This document shows positions 25,086 to 37,081 of a stretch of 64,000 bases of DNA, piece after piece. The notes beneath the pieces are model-generated. The model made no database searches, was not told the origin of the DNA, and was given only the letters and a program-made list of their open reading frames with translations. The position numbers and the translations under genes were made by a program. This stretch comes from Centroscyllium fabricii (Eukaryota), in contig JBNRSN020000017.1 in assembly GCA_051313645.2 (NCBI GenBank), positions 19,840,001 to 19,904,000 on the forward strand. Reading direction: 5' to 3'. Numbering within the stretch: the stretch's first letter is position 1; every line of letters begins with the position of its first letter.

Positions 25086-26096
25086 CAAACCCTGCTCTCA
25101 CTTCATATAAGCAATGATCACCTGCGCTGGTGTAATGCTGCCCCCTCTGCTCTGGAGGATATTCTTTATACTTTAAGATTGTAATTTAATTGTAATATTT
25201 TAGGCCCTTATCTAAACGTTTATGCGTCATTGGATGCCTGGTACCGTAAGGCATTTTGGGTGCAACAGAGGCAGGCAAGTTGGTGGCCAATTCCCTCCTC
25301 CTGCGTAGTCTAATCCCATCGCCTCAGTAACCCCGGGGAGTGGAAGAGAGAGAGAAGCAATTAAAAAAAAAAAATTGTGTAGTCGGCAAGAGCTGCTTTA
25401 ATAAACTTTCTGCAAAACTAAATATGATCTTTCACTGTACTTCTTCAGGTTTTAAATACAGGTTCAGTTAGATGCTATTGGAAAAATCTTAAATACAGTG
25501 TGAAACAATAAAAGTAATCAGTATCATTTCCATTCAGCGTCTGGAGAATTCGCCTGAAAACTGATTGACAAATGATTTTTCAAAACACGATTTTTTACGG
25601 CACTACTATGTTCAATCTAAATTGGTTGCAAAGTTTTATATCCTCAATTGAACCCCGAAAATATAAGAGAATGAGATTACTGCTTCCAGTCTAGAGTTTA
25701 CACTTAAGAGCCCCAATTCCTTAGGTCAGTAAGTGTTGGATGTTTTAAGAAAAATAATGCAGTTTTAAATCATCAGTGTGAATTCCACACTGATCACACA
25801 TCAGAAAAAGTGCAGCTAATAATTATCATACAAATTAACCATATGCAAATCCGTGCTGAGCTGAAGCAGCAATCGGGGCATAATGCCTCGAGACTAGGAA
25901 ATTAAAATAAACCATCAGTGTGTGCGTGGAATCAGGCTTGGCTGTACCGCCCAACACAAACTGAAAAACCTGCTGACACTTGCCGTCAAGTCTCGCACAT
26001 AAAAAAATGACTGCTTAGGTATGGCAAGGCTCTGACCACTCGTGGAACTGTACATCAGCAAGACTCAGCATCTTCAGAGGAGAAAGAATGGAAATT

Positions 26097-26950
26097 GGAG
26101 AGGGGAAGAGGGAGGGAGGGAGAAGAGGGAGGGAGGGGAGAAGAGGGAGGGGGGAGGGAGAAGAGGGAGGGGGGAGGGAGGGAGGGGGAAGAGGGAGTGG
26201 GGAGGNNNNNNNNNNNNNNNNNNNNNNNNNNNNNNNNNNNNNNNNNNNNNNNNNNNNNNNNNNNNNNNNNNNNNNNNNNNNNNNNNNNNNNNNNNNNNNN
26301 NNNNNNNNNNNNNNNNNNNNNNNNNNNNNNNNNNNNNNNNNNNNNNNNNNNNNNNNNNNNNNNNNNNNNNNNNNNNNNNNNNNNNNNNNNNNNNNNNNNN
26401 NNNNNNNNNNNNNNNNNNNNNNNNNNNNNNNNNNNNNNNNNNNNNNAAGAGGGAGGGAAGGGGAAGATGGAGGGAAGGGGAAGATGGAGGGAAGGGGAAG
26501 ATGGAGGGAAGGGGAAGATGGAGGTAGGGGGGAAGAGGGAGGGAAGGGGAAGATGGAGGGAAGGGGAAGATGGAGGGAAGGGGAAGATGGAGGTAGGGGG
26601 AAGAGGGAGGGAAGGGGAAGAGGGAGGGAAGAGGGAGAGAAGGGGAAGGAGGGGGAAGAGCGAGGGAGGGAAGGGGAAGAGGGAGGGAGGGAAGGGGAAG
26701 AGGGAGGGAGGGGGAAGAGGGAGGGAGGGGGAAGAGGGGGGAGGTGGAAGAGGGGGGGAGGTGGAAGAGGGGGGGAGGTGGAAGAGGGGGGGAGGTGGAA
26801 GGGGGGGGAGGTGGAAGAGGGGGGGAGGTGGAAGAGGGGGGGAGGTGGAAGAGGGAGGGAGGGGGAAGAGGGACGGAAGGGGAGAAGAGGGAGGGGAAGG
26901 AGAAGGGAGGTGGAGGAGAAGGGAGGGAGGGGAGGAGGAGGAGGGGGGAG
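26097..26950. repeat. Polypurine (G/A) low-complexity tract spanning an assembly gap
   Basis: ggaggg, gggaaggggaagatgga and ggaggtggaagagggg units; N run at 26206-26446. Confidence 0.95.
26206..26446. other. Assembly gap (241 N)
   Basis: Run of n characters. Confidence 1.
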
Positions 26951-27716
26951 CTGGAGGGATTTGATCCAAAAAAAATATGAAAGGGAGGTGCAATATTATG
27001 CAGTGATAAAGTTATTGCAGAAGTACAAATTAATGCTTGTTCAGATTGTGCATATACAATTACAGCAGAGATCTGTACAGGACAACAGCACAGGGGGCAC
27101 TGATCCAAGTCAAAGGTGACGTAAATTCAGAGAACATCCAATTCCCTCACCCCATACCCAAACATCGACATTCATTTGCAGCAGCAGTTGATATATTTGG
27201 CACTGCCTAGCACTAATCATCCCTATTTCTCAGTTTCAACAATATTACAAGATGTGTGTTGAAAGTAACAATAATCGGATTGGACAACTACAATGCATTT
27301 TTATGCTGCTCTACCACTGGCACAGAAACCACAGGCCACAACTGCACTCTGGTTTCTGACTGATGACTGTTCAAATGCTGGTTCCTAAAAAGCAGCTGTC
27401 AAATTTGGAGTGGTATCACAACAATCTGCAAGACAGCTTCAACTCCCAAGTGAAACAAAGATACAAAGAAGTAATTCTGGAAAGTACGCAAACCAGTCCA
27501 CAATGCAGCTGAGCAACTCAGAAATAGCACATTTGATTAATTTAGTATAGAAACCTTATTACAATGCAACAAAAATCTGCAGTGCAAAATAATATACTTT
27601 TAATGAAAATTAAGATGAAAGAAACAAAACGTTTTACAAAAAAGGTGCCATCCATTTGGACAGATAAGTGAGAAATACCCACTACATGTGGTTTACAAGG
27701 TAGCAGGAAAAACAAT

Positions 27717-29274
27717 GGGGGGAATTTTCCAGGGTGGTCAGTGGCCAGGATCAGTGGCAGGTCAGGTGGGAAAGTGTTTATTTTTGACAGCAGGTCAGGA
27801 CCCCACTGTCAACCATCCGCCACGTGCCTTTACCAAAAGACGGGTCGGTCAGCACTGAGCAGACCAGACGTGCAGCGGCAGGGGAGGCAATTCAGGTCAT
27901 TATGACCTTGTTAACAGAAGATTAACAACAATTTTGAGCTCACCTTTCGAATTTACCAGCTCGCCCACGGGGTCCATGCTGCTCGGCGATCACGACTGTT
28001 AAGCTGGGTGCGAGTTGAATGGCCATGGAATCATCTTATTACTTGACAGCTTGAAATGTGCTATAAAAGCTCCCATCTCACAGCTGTTCACTTTCCAAGC
28101 TAAGAAGCTGTTGCTTACTGCATTTGGAAGGCAGATTGAGCTTTATGCAGGTTTGGAGTAAACTCTCTATCCAGTGTCACCTCATTGGAACACCTCTTAC
28201 CACTGACAGATTGCTTCTGTCATCTCAAGATCACCTGCATGGGTATGGTTTATACTTTCTCACCTTGGTCCTCAGAATCGGACCACAATCAGCCGCAACA
28301 CCAGCAGCACTAACTACCACACCAACCTTCTCCGCAATCACCTGATGCTGCACAGGACAGAGGGCATCAGCACCCGAATACATTGCTGTCTGGAATGTCA
28401 GGGATGGCTTCACCATGGCCACATTTACTTCACTTGATGCTGTACACCCTGGCTGCCACCACCCCATACCAACAACAGAAAGCATCCCTACAATGCCCAA
28501 GCCATTCCTTTCACACTCATCAGCTTTGCAAGGGGGTACTTTTATGTGTCATCATTCACTGCAACTTACTAAGCCACTTCCAAAGGTGCACACAAATCTG
28601 TCCAAGAACAGAAAGTATTGTAAATAAATATTTCAATGCTTGACAGCACATTAACAGAAAGTTCACATGAACACTGGCTAAAACACACAAGTGCCTAATG
28701 TAGATAGAGAGGGATGGGTGGAGGTGCAAGGTAAACTGGTGTGAGTAAGGATGTGCAGAAGTAGGGTAGGGAAGGCAGCGTGCTAGGGATGTGATAAGTG
28801 GCACAGCAGGATGAAGTTGAGTGTGGCTTTGCAGTAATGTTTCGTGATAAACTGAGATCAATGAAAGATTTGCGCCACTGCAGCCTGGTCCTCCTGACAG
28901 CATCCCTGCTTGTGCCCTCCTGTGCAATGTGCAACCAGGCTCAATGGAAGGGACGTGAACCTCCCTGTGTGCTGGGACTCCCTCCATAAGCATATGGAGG
29001 GAGTCATGGGAGAGCCTGGATGCACCTCTGTGTAATGCTAGTCAGTGTTTGCAGCACAAATGTCAAAGTAACACGGTCCCTTTAAGGAAGCCGGCTGATG
29101 ATGCATCCTCAAATGGCGTCATCAGACTTGCTCCCGTCAATTGGCCAGAAAACGCGCTGGGCGGGCTCAACAAGCCCAATCAGGGGAAAGTCATGTCGGA
29201 ATCTAGGACGGGGCCAGCAGAGAGGCCGCGACCCGCCACCGACCTCTCCCGCCCAGGTTGGGGAAATCGTGGCC
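27717..29274. mobile_element. Decayed PIF/Harbinger element with a Myb/SANT-like gene remnant
   Basis: aat|ggggggaattttcc ... ggaaatcgtggcc|aat; minus strand ~28855-29025 reads SRLSHDSLHMLMEGVPAHREV / AWLHIAQEGTSRDAVRRTRLQWRKSFIDL (frameshifted), typical of Harbinger Myb-like proteins. Confidence 0.75.
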
Positions 29275-29743
29275 AATGACCTTGTTCTGTGCTTTGCACT
29301 GAACCCAAAATAAATACCATCCTTTGGATTTTGCACACCCCATCATTAGCAAGAATATAAATAAAAACACAGAAAACCCATTTACAGCATCTTCGCAAAT
29401 GCAACCATTGGTCACAAAAATACTCATACTGTACATGAACCCACTTGGATTAAATACTCAATCTGAAGCTTCATTAAATGGTAGGCTAGTGATGTTGGGT
29501 TGGTGCTCCAGCGTGCTGTAACATGCAGTATTATGACATGGGTTCACACCCATGATTTCCACAAAAGCGATCTCCCAATTTCAGCTGTGCCAACAGGGAG
29601 GTAGGTAACCTGCCCCATCAGTGGGAAAATGTTATGTAGCTTATAAGAATTCTTTGAAGAAATAACAGAGGATAGATGTGCAATGGGTGTAGTTCAGATG
29701 GATCTTCAGAAAGCTTTTAATAAAGCACTGTATAAGACATTAC

Positions 29744-29872
29744 TCTTTCCACCTGACAAAGGGGCGAACGCTCCGAAAGCTTGTGATTTAAAATAAAACT
29801 GTTGGACTATAATCTGGTGTTGTGTGACTTCTTGCAATTGTCCACCCCAGTCCAACACCGGCACCTCCACAT
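29744..29872 (+). mobile_element. Short Penelope-like insertion with hammerhead remnant
   Basis: 13-bp TSD tataagacattac (29731-29743, 29873-29885); core CTGACAA (G8 mutated)...GAAAgctt. Confidence 0.8.
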
Positions 29873-29918
29873 TATAAGACATTACAACAGTATAATATAA
29901 ACACAATGACATTCCTAT

Positions 29919-30683
29919 ATTGACGATTTTGTGAATGGGGGCGTGTTGAAGGCGGGACTGCTGCTTGTCGGGTCAATGTCCCGCCTCTATCGATTTGTGG
30001 CCAACCCACGCTATTTTCCCCTGATTGATCTTGTTCAGCTGGCTTAGCAGATCAATCAAGGGAAAGTCAAAGATTTTTGACAGATGAATTGTCATCGTTT
30101 GACAGCTCTGTGAAGCTGTCAAACAGTGACATTCTTTGCAGTTTGATGAGATCTTGCATACATGACCGCATCAACCTTCTTTCTTTTACAGAAATGAGAT
30201 GGTTGTTGCATATGAAAATGCAACAGCCATCTCTCATCTGCAACACGGAGGTCCGAGAGTCTCCGCACACAAACCAACTGAAGCCTGCAGGAAGAAACAA
30301 AGGTAATTACACTTTTAAGAAACACTTTGCACTTACCTCAGATACTCACCTCTACACTCTTGCACCCATCACACCACACTTTTGCACCACCTCGACCCCC
30401 GCAGACCCAGGACTCACCTCGCTCAGCTGGCGTGTTTTGGAGCCTTCGGCAAGCCCGCACTTATGGGCAAAAAGGGGATTATCCTATTTTCTACTTGTTA
30501 ACAGGCAGTTAATAGGCGTTAATTCGTTCCCGCCTCCAAGGAGGCGGGACCCAGCGCGGGACGGCTACCCGCCTCCTGGGAAGATGACATGGAGGCGGGT
30601 TGGGCACCCGCCCCCAAATGCTGCCATTTTCCCAGCAGTCCCGCCTCCGTACCCGCTGCCCCAGGGCTGGCAAAATCACCCCC
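29919..30683. mobile_element. Harbinger-like MITE (inverted homologue of 37082-37910)
   Basis: Colinear with the reverse complement of 37082-37910; right end caaaatcaccccc|tat; left end degenerate. Confidence 0.8.
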
Positions 30684-30779
30684 TATATTTCTAAAAGTAC
30701 TTCTTTGGCAGAAAAGCACTTTGGGACGTGCTGAGGATGTGACAGGTGCTATATAAATGAAAGTTCTTTCTTTCTACGT

Positions 30780-31335
30780 GACTCATTGCAAAGATAATGG
30801 CACATATAATGAAAGGGCGATGTAGTCACAGAGAGATGGTTTGAGGTCAGAAAGCAAATGGTATGAGTAAAAGGGAAGCTTCTTAGACTGGATAAATATA
30901 GTGAGTCATGTTTCATAGTGGTCATAATGCATAATTAATGCAGAATAAATAAAAGCAAAGTACAGAAATATTTTGGACTTGGGAACTGAAGGAACAAGAT
31001 TAAAATTTGCTGATGATGCCAATTTTTTTTTGGGGGGGGGGGGGGGCGGTGGCGGGGAAAGAGTTACAAATTGTGACAAGGACTGTGAAAGACTCCAGAA
31101 GGGCACATATCGGTTAGCAGGAAGGATTGATAGGTGGAAGATGCAATGGGTCTAAAAGGTACAGAAATATGAAATAATACATTTTGGAAGCAAGAACAGG
31201 GAAAGGAAATGCATCTTAACGAGTAAGATTTTGAATGGACCAGAGGAGTAAAGGGGCTTTGGTATGAAGGTACACAGGTCATTAAATGTGGGAGTGCAAG
31301 TAGATAAAACTATACAAAAATGTGCAAATGGAATC
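30780..31335 (+). mobile_element. Old degenerate CR1 RT fragment
   Basis: LKFADDA...DCERLQ...W in ORF 30973..31155; a 5' piece at ~29640-29725 (DLQKAFNK). Confidence 0.6.
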
Positions 31336-32012
31336 CTTGTACAAAAGCAAGATTTTACAATTTGAACCAGTAGTAAAATGCCTGAAGCATATGAAAATTG
31401 AATATATACTGGAAAATAAACCTGAGTCACTGCCAATTTTAATTTCAAACATCTTTCAGTCATTTCATGGTCTCATTCACATCCTATTTGATTTGTCACA
31501 TTAGTTCCTTCAAAATCCATTTATACTGTATTTGTAAAGGAATAATAATAAAACATACAACAAAAAGTGATTTTGTTCATACTGTCAAGATTTGACAGAC
31601 TAAAAACCCCCATTACAAGGGAATCCTAGAGAAAGTCTTGCTCTATAAGCCCAATTCTTACTCTTGCAACATTTATTTCTATTATCCTTAGAAACAGCAC
31701 ACCTACATAGAGCATTTAACAGATTTAAAATGTTATGACAGCCCTCCAAAAGCACTGCTGATGCACAGCTTCCAACTGCACTGTGTATGACTCACAATGT
31801 GGTTGGCGGTCTTACCAGACAAAGAGCATGTGTGGGGGGAAACTACCCTTTATATTAGTCACTTTAAAAAAGTTATTATAAAGTTTTAAAATGCACTTTG
31901 GTTAGTTTAAGGATATAGTTTTGGAGAATTGAAAAAGACTGTACTGAGAGTATCAGCCATTTTAGTGCAAAACTGGGGACAGAATATCCCTAACATGCAA
32001 CACTTGTATTAC

Positions 32013-34848
32013 AGTGGTATTCAAAATGGTAGAGTATTCTATATGGTAGAATAACCGCCAGTGGTATTCTATATGGTAGAATAACCGCCAGTGGTATTCT
32101 ATATGGTAGAGTATTCTATATGGTAGAATAACCGCCAGTGGTATTCTATATGGTAGAATAACCGCCAGTGGTATTCTATATGGTAGAATAACCGCCAGTG
32201 GTATTCTATATGGTAGAGTATTCTATATGGTAGAATAACCGCCAGTGGTATTCTATATGGTAGAATAACCGCCAGTGGTATTCTATGTGGTAGAATAACC
32301 GCCAGTGGTATTCTATATGGTAGAGTATTCTATATGGTAGAATAACCGCCAGTGGTATTCTTTATGGTAGAATATTCTATATGGTAAAATAACCGCCAGT
32401 GGTATTCTATATGGTAGAGTATTCTATATGGTAGAATATTCTATATGGTAGAATATTCTATATGGTAGAATAACCGCCAGTGGTATTCTATGTGGTAGAA
32501 TATTCTATATGGTAAAATAACCGCCAGTGGTATTCTATATGGTAGAGTATTCTATATGGTAGAATAACCGCCAGTGGTATTCTATATGGTAGAGTATTCT
32601 ATATGGTAGAATAACCGCCAGTGGTATTCTATATAGTAGAGTATTCTATATGGTAGAATAACCACCAGTGGTATTCTATATGGTAGAGTATTCTATATGG
32701 TAGAATATTCTATATGGTAGAATATCCGCCAGTGGTATTCTATATGGTAGAGTATTCTATATGGTAAAATAACCACCAGTGGTATTCTATATGGTAGAGT
32801 ATTCTATGTGGTAGAATATTCTATATGGTAGGATAACCGCCAGTGGTATTCTATATGGTAGAATAACCGCCAGTGGTATTCTATATGGTAGAATAACCGC
32901 CGGTGGTATTCTATATGGTAGAGTATTCTATATGGTAGAATATTCTATATGGTAGAATAACCGCCAGTGGTATTCTATATGGTAGAGTATTCTATATGGT
33001 ATTCTATATGGTAGAATAACCGCCAGTGGTATTCTATATGGTAGAATAACCGCCAGTGGTATTCTATATGGTAGAATAACCGCCGGTGGTATTCTATATG
33101 GTAGAATAACCGCCGGTGGTATTCTATATGGTAGAATAACTGCCAGTGGTATTCTATATGGTAGAATATTCTATATGGTAGAGTAACCGCCAGTGGTATT
33201 CTATATGGTAGAATAACCGCCAGTGGTATTCTATATGGTAGAATAACCGCCAGTGGTATTCTATATGGTAGAGTATTCTATATGGTAGAATAACCGCCAG
33301 TGGTATTCTATATGGTAGAATAACCGCCAGTGGTATTCTATATGGTAGAATAACCGCCAGTGGTATTCTATATGGTAGAGTATTCTATATGGTAGAATAA
33401 CCGCCAGTGGTATTCTATATGGTAGAATAACCGCCAGTGGTATTCTATGTGGTAGAATAACCGCCAGTGGTATTCTATATGGTAGAGTATTCTATATGGT
33501 AGAATAACCGCCAGTGGTATTCTATATGGTAGAGTATTCTATATGGTAGAATAACCGCCAGTGGTATTCTTTATGGTAGAATATTCTATATGGTAAAATA
33601 ACCGCCAGTGGTATTCTATATGGTAGAGTATTCTATATGGTAGAATATTCTATATGGTAGAATATTCTATATGGTAGAATAACCGCCAGTGGTATTCTAT
33701 GTGGTAGAATATTCTATATGGTAAAATAACCGCCAGTGGTATTCTATATGGTAGAGTATTCTATATGGTAGAATAACCGCCAGTGGTATTCTATATGGTA
33801 GAGTATTCTATATGGTAGAATAACCGCCAGTGGTATTCTATATAGTAGAGTATTCTATATGGTAGAATAACCACCAGTGGTATTCTATATGGTAGAGTAT
33901 TCTATATGGTAGAATATTCTATATGGTAGAATATCCGCCAGTGGTATTCTATATGGTAGAGTATTCTATATGGTAAAATAACCACCAGTGGTATTCTATA
34001 TGGTAGAGTATTCTATGTGGTAGAATATTCTATATGGTAGGATAACCGCCAGTGGTATTCTATATGGTAGAATAACCGCCAGTGGTATTCTATATGGTAG
34101 AATAACCGCCGGTGGTATTCTATATGGTAGAGTATTCTATATGGTAGAATATTCTATATGGTAGAATAACCGCCAGTGGTATTCTATATGGTAGAGTATT
34201 CTATATGGTATTCTATATGGTAGAATAACCGCCAGTGGTATTCTATATGGTAGAATAACCGCCAGTGGTATTCTATATGGTAGAATAACCGCCGGTGGTA
34301 TTCTATATGGTAGAATAACCGCCGGTGGTATTCTATATGGTAGAATAACTGCCAGTGGTATTCTATATGGTAGAATATTCTATATGGTAGAGTAACCGCC
34401 AGTGGTATTCTATATGGTAGAATAACCGCCAGTGGTATTCTATATGGTAGAGTATTCTATGTGGTAGAATATTCTATATGGTAGAATAACCGGCAGTGGT
34501 ATTCTATATGGTAGAATAACCGCCAGTGGTATTCTATATGGTAAAATAACCGCCAGTGGTATTCTATATGGTAGAGTATTCTATGTGGTAGAATATTCTA
34601 CATGGTAGAATAACTGCCAGTGGTATTCTATATGGTAGAATAACCGCCAGTGGTATTCTATATGGTAGAATAACCGCCAGTGGTATTCTATATGGTAGAA
34701 TAACCGCCAGTGGTATTCTATATGGTAGAATAACCGCCAGTGGTATTCTATATGGTAGAATAACCGCCAGTGGTATTCTATATGGTAGAGTATTCTATAT
34801 GGTAGAATAACCGCCAGTGGTATTCTATATGGTAGAATAACCGCCAGT
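32013..34848. repeat. Satellite built from 30-bp (gtggtattctatatggtagaataaccgcca) and 17-bp (gtattctatatggtaga) units
   Basis: Directly visible tandem array of ~2.8 kb. Confidence 0.98.
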
Positions 34849-35917
34849 GTCATCACATCAATTTTATTATGAATCAACATCACTTTGGTACAACTGCAGC
34901 AGTGGCCAGAGTCTGGAAATAGACCGCTTGCATGTGTCCATTAGACATTAGTCACAAAATGACCAGGGTTAAAATGCCAGTCGGGGAGACTAGTCATATT
35001 CTTTGTTTTTCCCATCACTGTAAACCCCACAAAACCTGATGAGATTGTGGATATTGACAGCTGCACGTACTAGTTGGTTTTCTAAGATATCCTCAACACC
35101 CAATAAATTAAAGGTGAATGGACAGCAGTTTAAACATTTATTTTTTTTAAACGACAACAGCTGTCACCAAATGGGGTAGTCTCTCTCAAAACAACATTTT
35201 CTGTCATGTACATTGCTTTAAAGGCCTACAAAAAACAGCAAGTTAAACATTATACCAGACAACACTATTAAATTTAATACACAGTCACTGGATTTTTCTT
35301 GTACCTCATAGCTTCTGCTTTTCGCCGCTCAAGATTAGTTTGGCGTTCCAGTAAAAAAATGTCAAACCGGCTAATTTAAAATAGACTGCAGTCACCGGAT
35401 GAGGCAAAGTCTGAGGAGGGGCCCAATTTAAGCACACATAAAAAATGAGGCATGTTGAGGCGTGTTATTGTTCTACAGAGGAAGAACCAGAGCCTTGTGA
35501 CTCTAAGAACATTGGAGCATCAACACACAGTGCTCCCGAGTACAAAGCACACAAGCCCAAATGCTTTCAGACTATAAATTGCAATAAGCTCATTTGTGCT
35601 CAGCTAATGTGGGCCTGCAAGTGGTGCGATAACACATCGCAGAGCCACAAGGATTCTCAGCAACACGTCATAGCAACAGCACATTCGGCTGAAGTGTTTA
35701 GTATGGTTATGTCTCCATGGCATCAGGCACACAAAATAAATTTCGTTTGGGAAGTAAGGAGTCGCACATTACTGCATTTCACTTCTCTCAAATGCCTATT
35801 TGCTGCTGGTTTCTCTAAACTCAGTTCTGGTCTAGATCACCGTATAGTGCTGGATATTGGTCTGCTTCATAAAAGTGGGCAACTATAGTAAACAAAAATG
35901 TGAACATTTGAACAGTA

Positions 35918-36865
35918 CAGGTTGAGCACCGTTAATCCGGTAACCGAATAGCCGGCAGCTTCAGTCTGCCGGCACAAATTGCCCCGACTGCACTGCGCAT
36001 GCGCAAAATGGCAGCCGACATCGTGGCTTCAACGAATGATCTGCGCATGCGCCGAGTGCATGCGCAGATCATTCAAAACAGCTGCGGGTGTTTTGAATGA
36101 TCCGCGCATGCGTCGCCGGAAGGTTAGCGCATGCGCAGATAATTCAATACGGCCGCCGGTTATTTTATCGATAACTGTAATTGAAGCCATGATGTGGAGG
36201 TGCTGGTGTTGGACTGGGATGGACAATTGTAAGAAGCCACACAGCACCAGGCTGTAGTCCAAAAGTCCCACTCGAAATCACGGGCCTTCGGAGCGCCGCT
36301 CCCCCATCACCTGACGGGGAAGCGGCGCTCCGAAAGCCCGTGACCCCAACTAAAACCGTTGGACCACAGCCTGGCGCCGTGTGACCTCTTACAATTGAAA
36401 GCAAAACGGGATTGGATAAATTGCCCCCCCGCCGACCCGCGCCACCCTCCTTTCCCCCCCCCCCCCGGACCCGCGCCTTCCTCCTCCCCCCCCCCACCGA
36501 CCCGCGCCTTCCTCCTCCCCCCCCCCACCGACCCGCGCCACCCTACTTCCCCCCCCCCCCCCCCGCGCCGCGCCACGCCACGCCACCCTCCTGCCTCCCC
36601 CCGCAAGACCGGCCTTTCACTGCTGCCCGACAGCCCTAAAACCTAAACGGAACGCCACAAAAGCCTGAGCCCATCAAAAAACTTCGCGGCGGCCAATATT
36701 GGACGATCTGCGCATGCGCGCGCCAGCCAATACCAATGTTGCGCGCATGCGCGCTGCCATTGGGACTGGTGCGCATGCGCAGTGTCCAAACTCGTTCTCC
36801 CAGTTTTTTCCATTTCCCGGCACGGGCCTGGTCCCGCCCGTGCCGGATTAACGGTGCTCAACCTG
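35918..36865. mobile_element. Tigger/pogo-like MITE, family copy C, with a Penelope hairpin and C-rich repeat inside
   Basis: TA|caggttgagcaccgttaatccgg ... ccggattaacggtgctcaacctg|TA (perfect 23-bp TIR). Confidence 0.92.
36191..36397. mobile_element. Penelope-like fold-back fragment, hypermutated
   Basis: Both arms align without gaps to 20339-20420 and 29749-29872. Confidence 0.8.
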
Positions 36866-37081
36866 TAGTACAAAAAATGAGGTCCTCGGCTGATGAAAAT
36901 GTTTAACTTGTGGACCTTACGAGATATAATCGTCTGGTTGCACGGACAGGACGCAAAAGAACACAAAACAGCTTCAAAGTGCATGAGCAGCTCAATAACA
37001 TTTTTTTATTTTTTTTAAAGGCAGAAAAGCAAGTCTAAATTTCTAGATATATTTTACACAGTAGGTACCAGAAGAGAGTAA

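Noticed and set aside
26042-27119. Long Gly/Glu/Arg- and Pro-rich ORFs
   Set aside because: Low-complexity purine tract read through an N gap.
32013-34883. CRISPR-like array, or YHIEYHWRLF-repeat protein (ORF 34581..34883)
   Set aside because: Contiguous tandem units with no unique spacers and no cas genes in a vertebrate intron; the ORF is a by-product of the 30-bp period.
35305-35370. Possible cryptic minus-strand exon (RFDIFLLERQTNLERRKAEAM) in the large intron
   Set aside because: Weak splice sites and wrong phase: the intron is phase 0, which reads ccg gtt tga.
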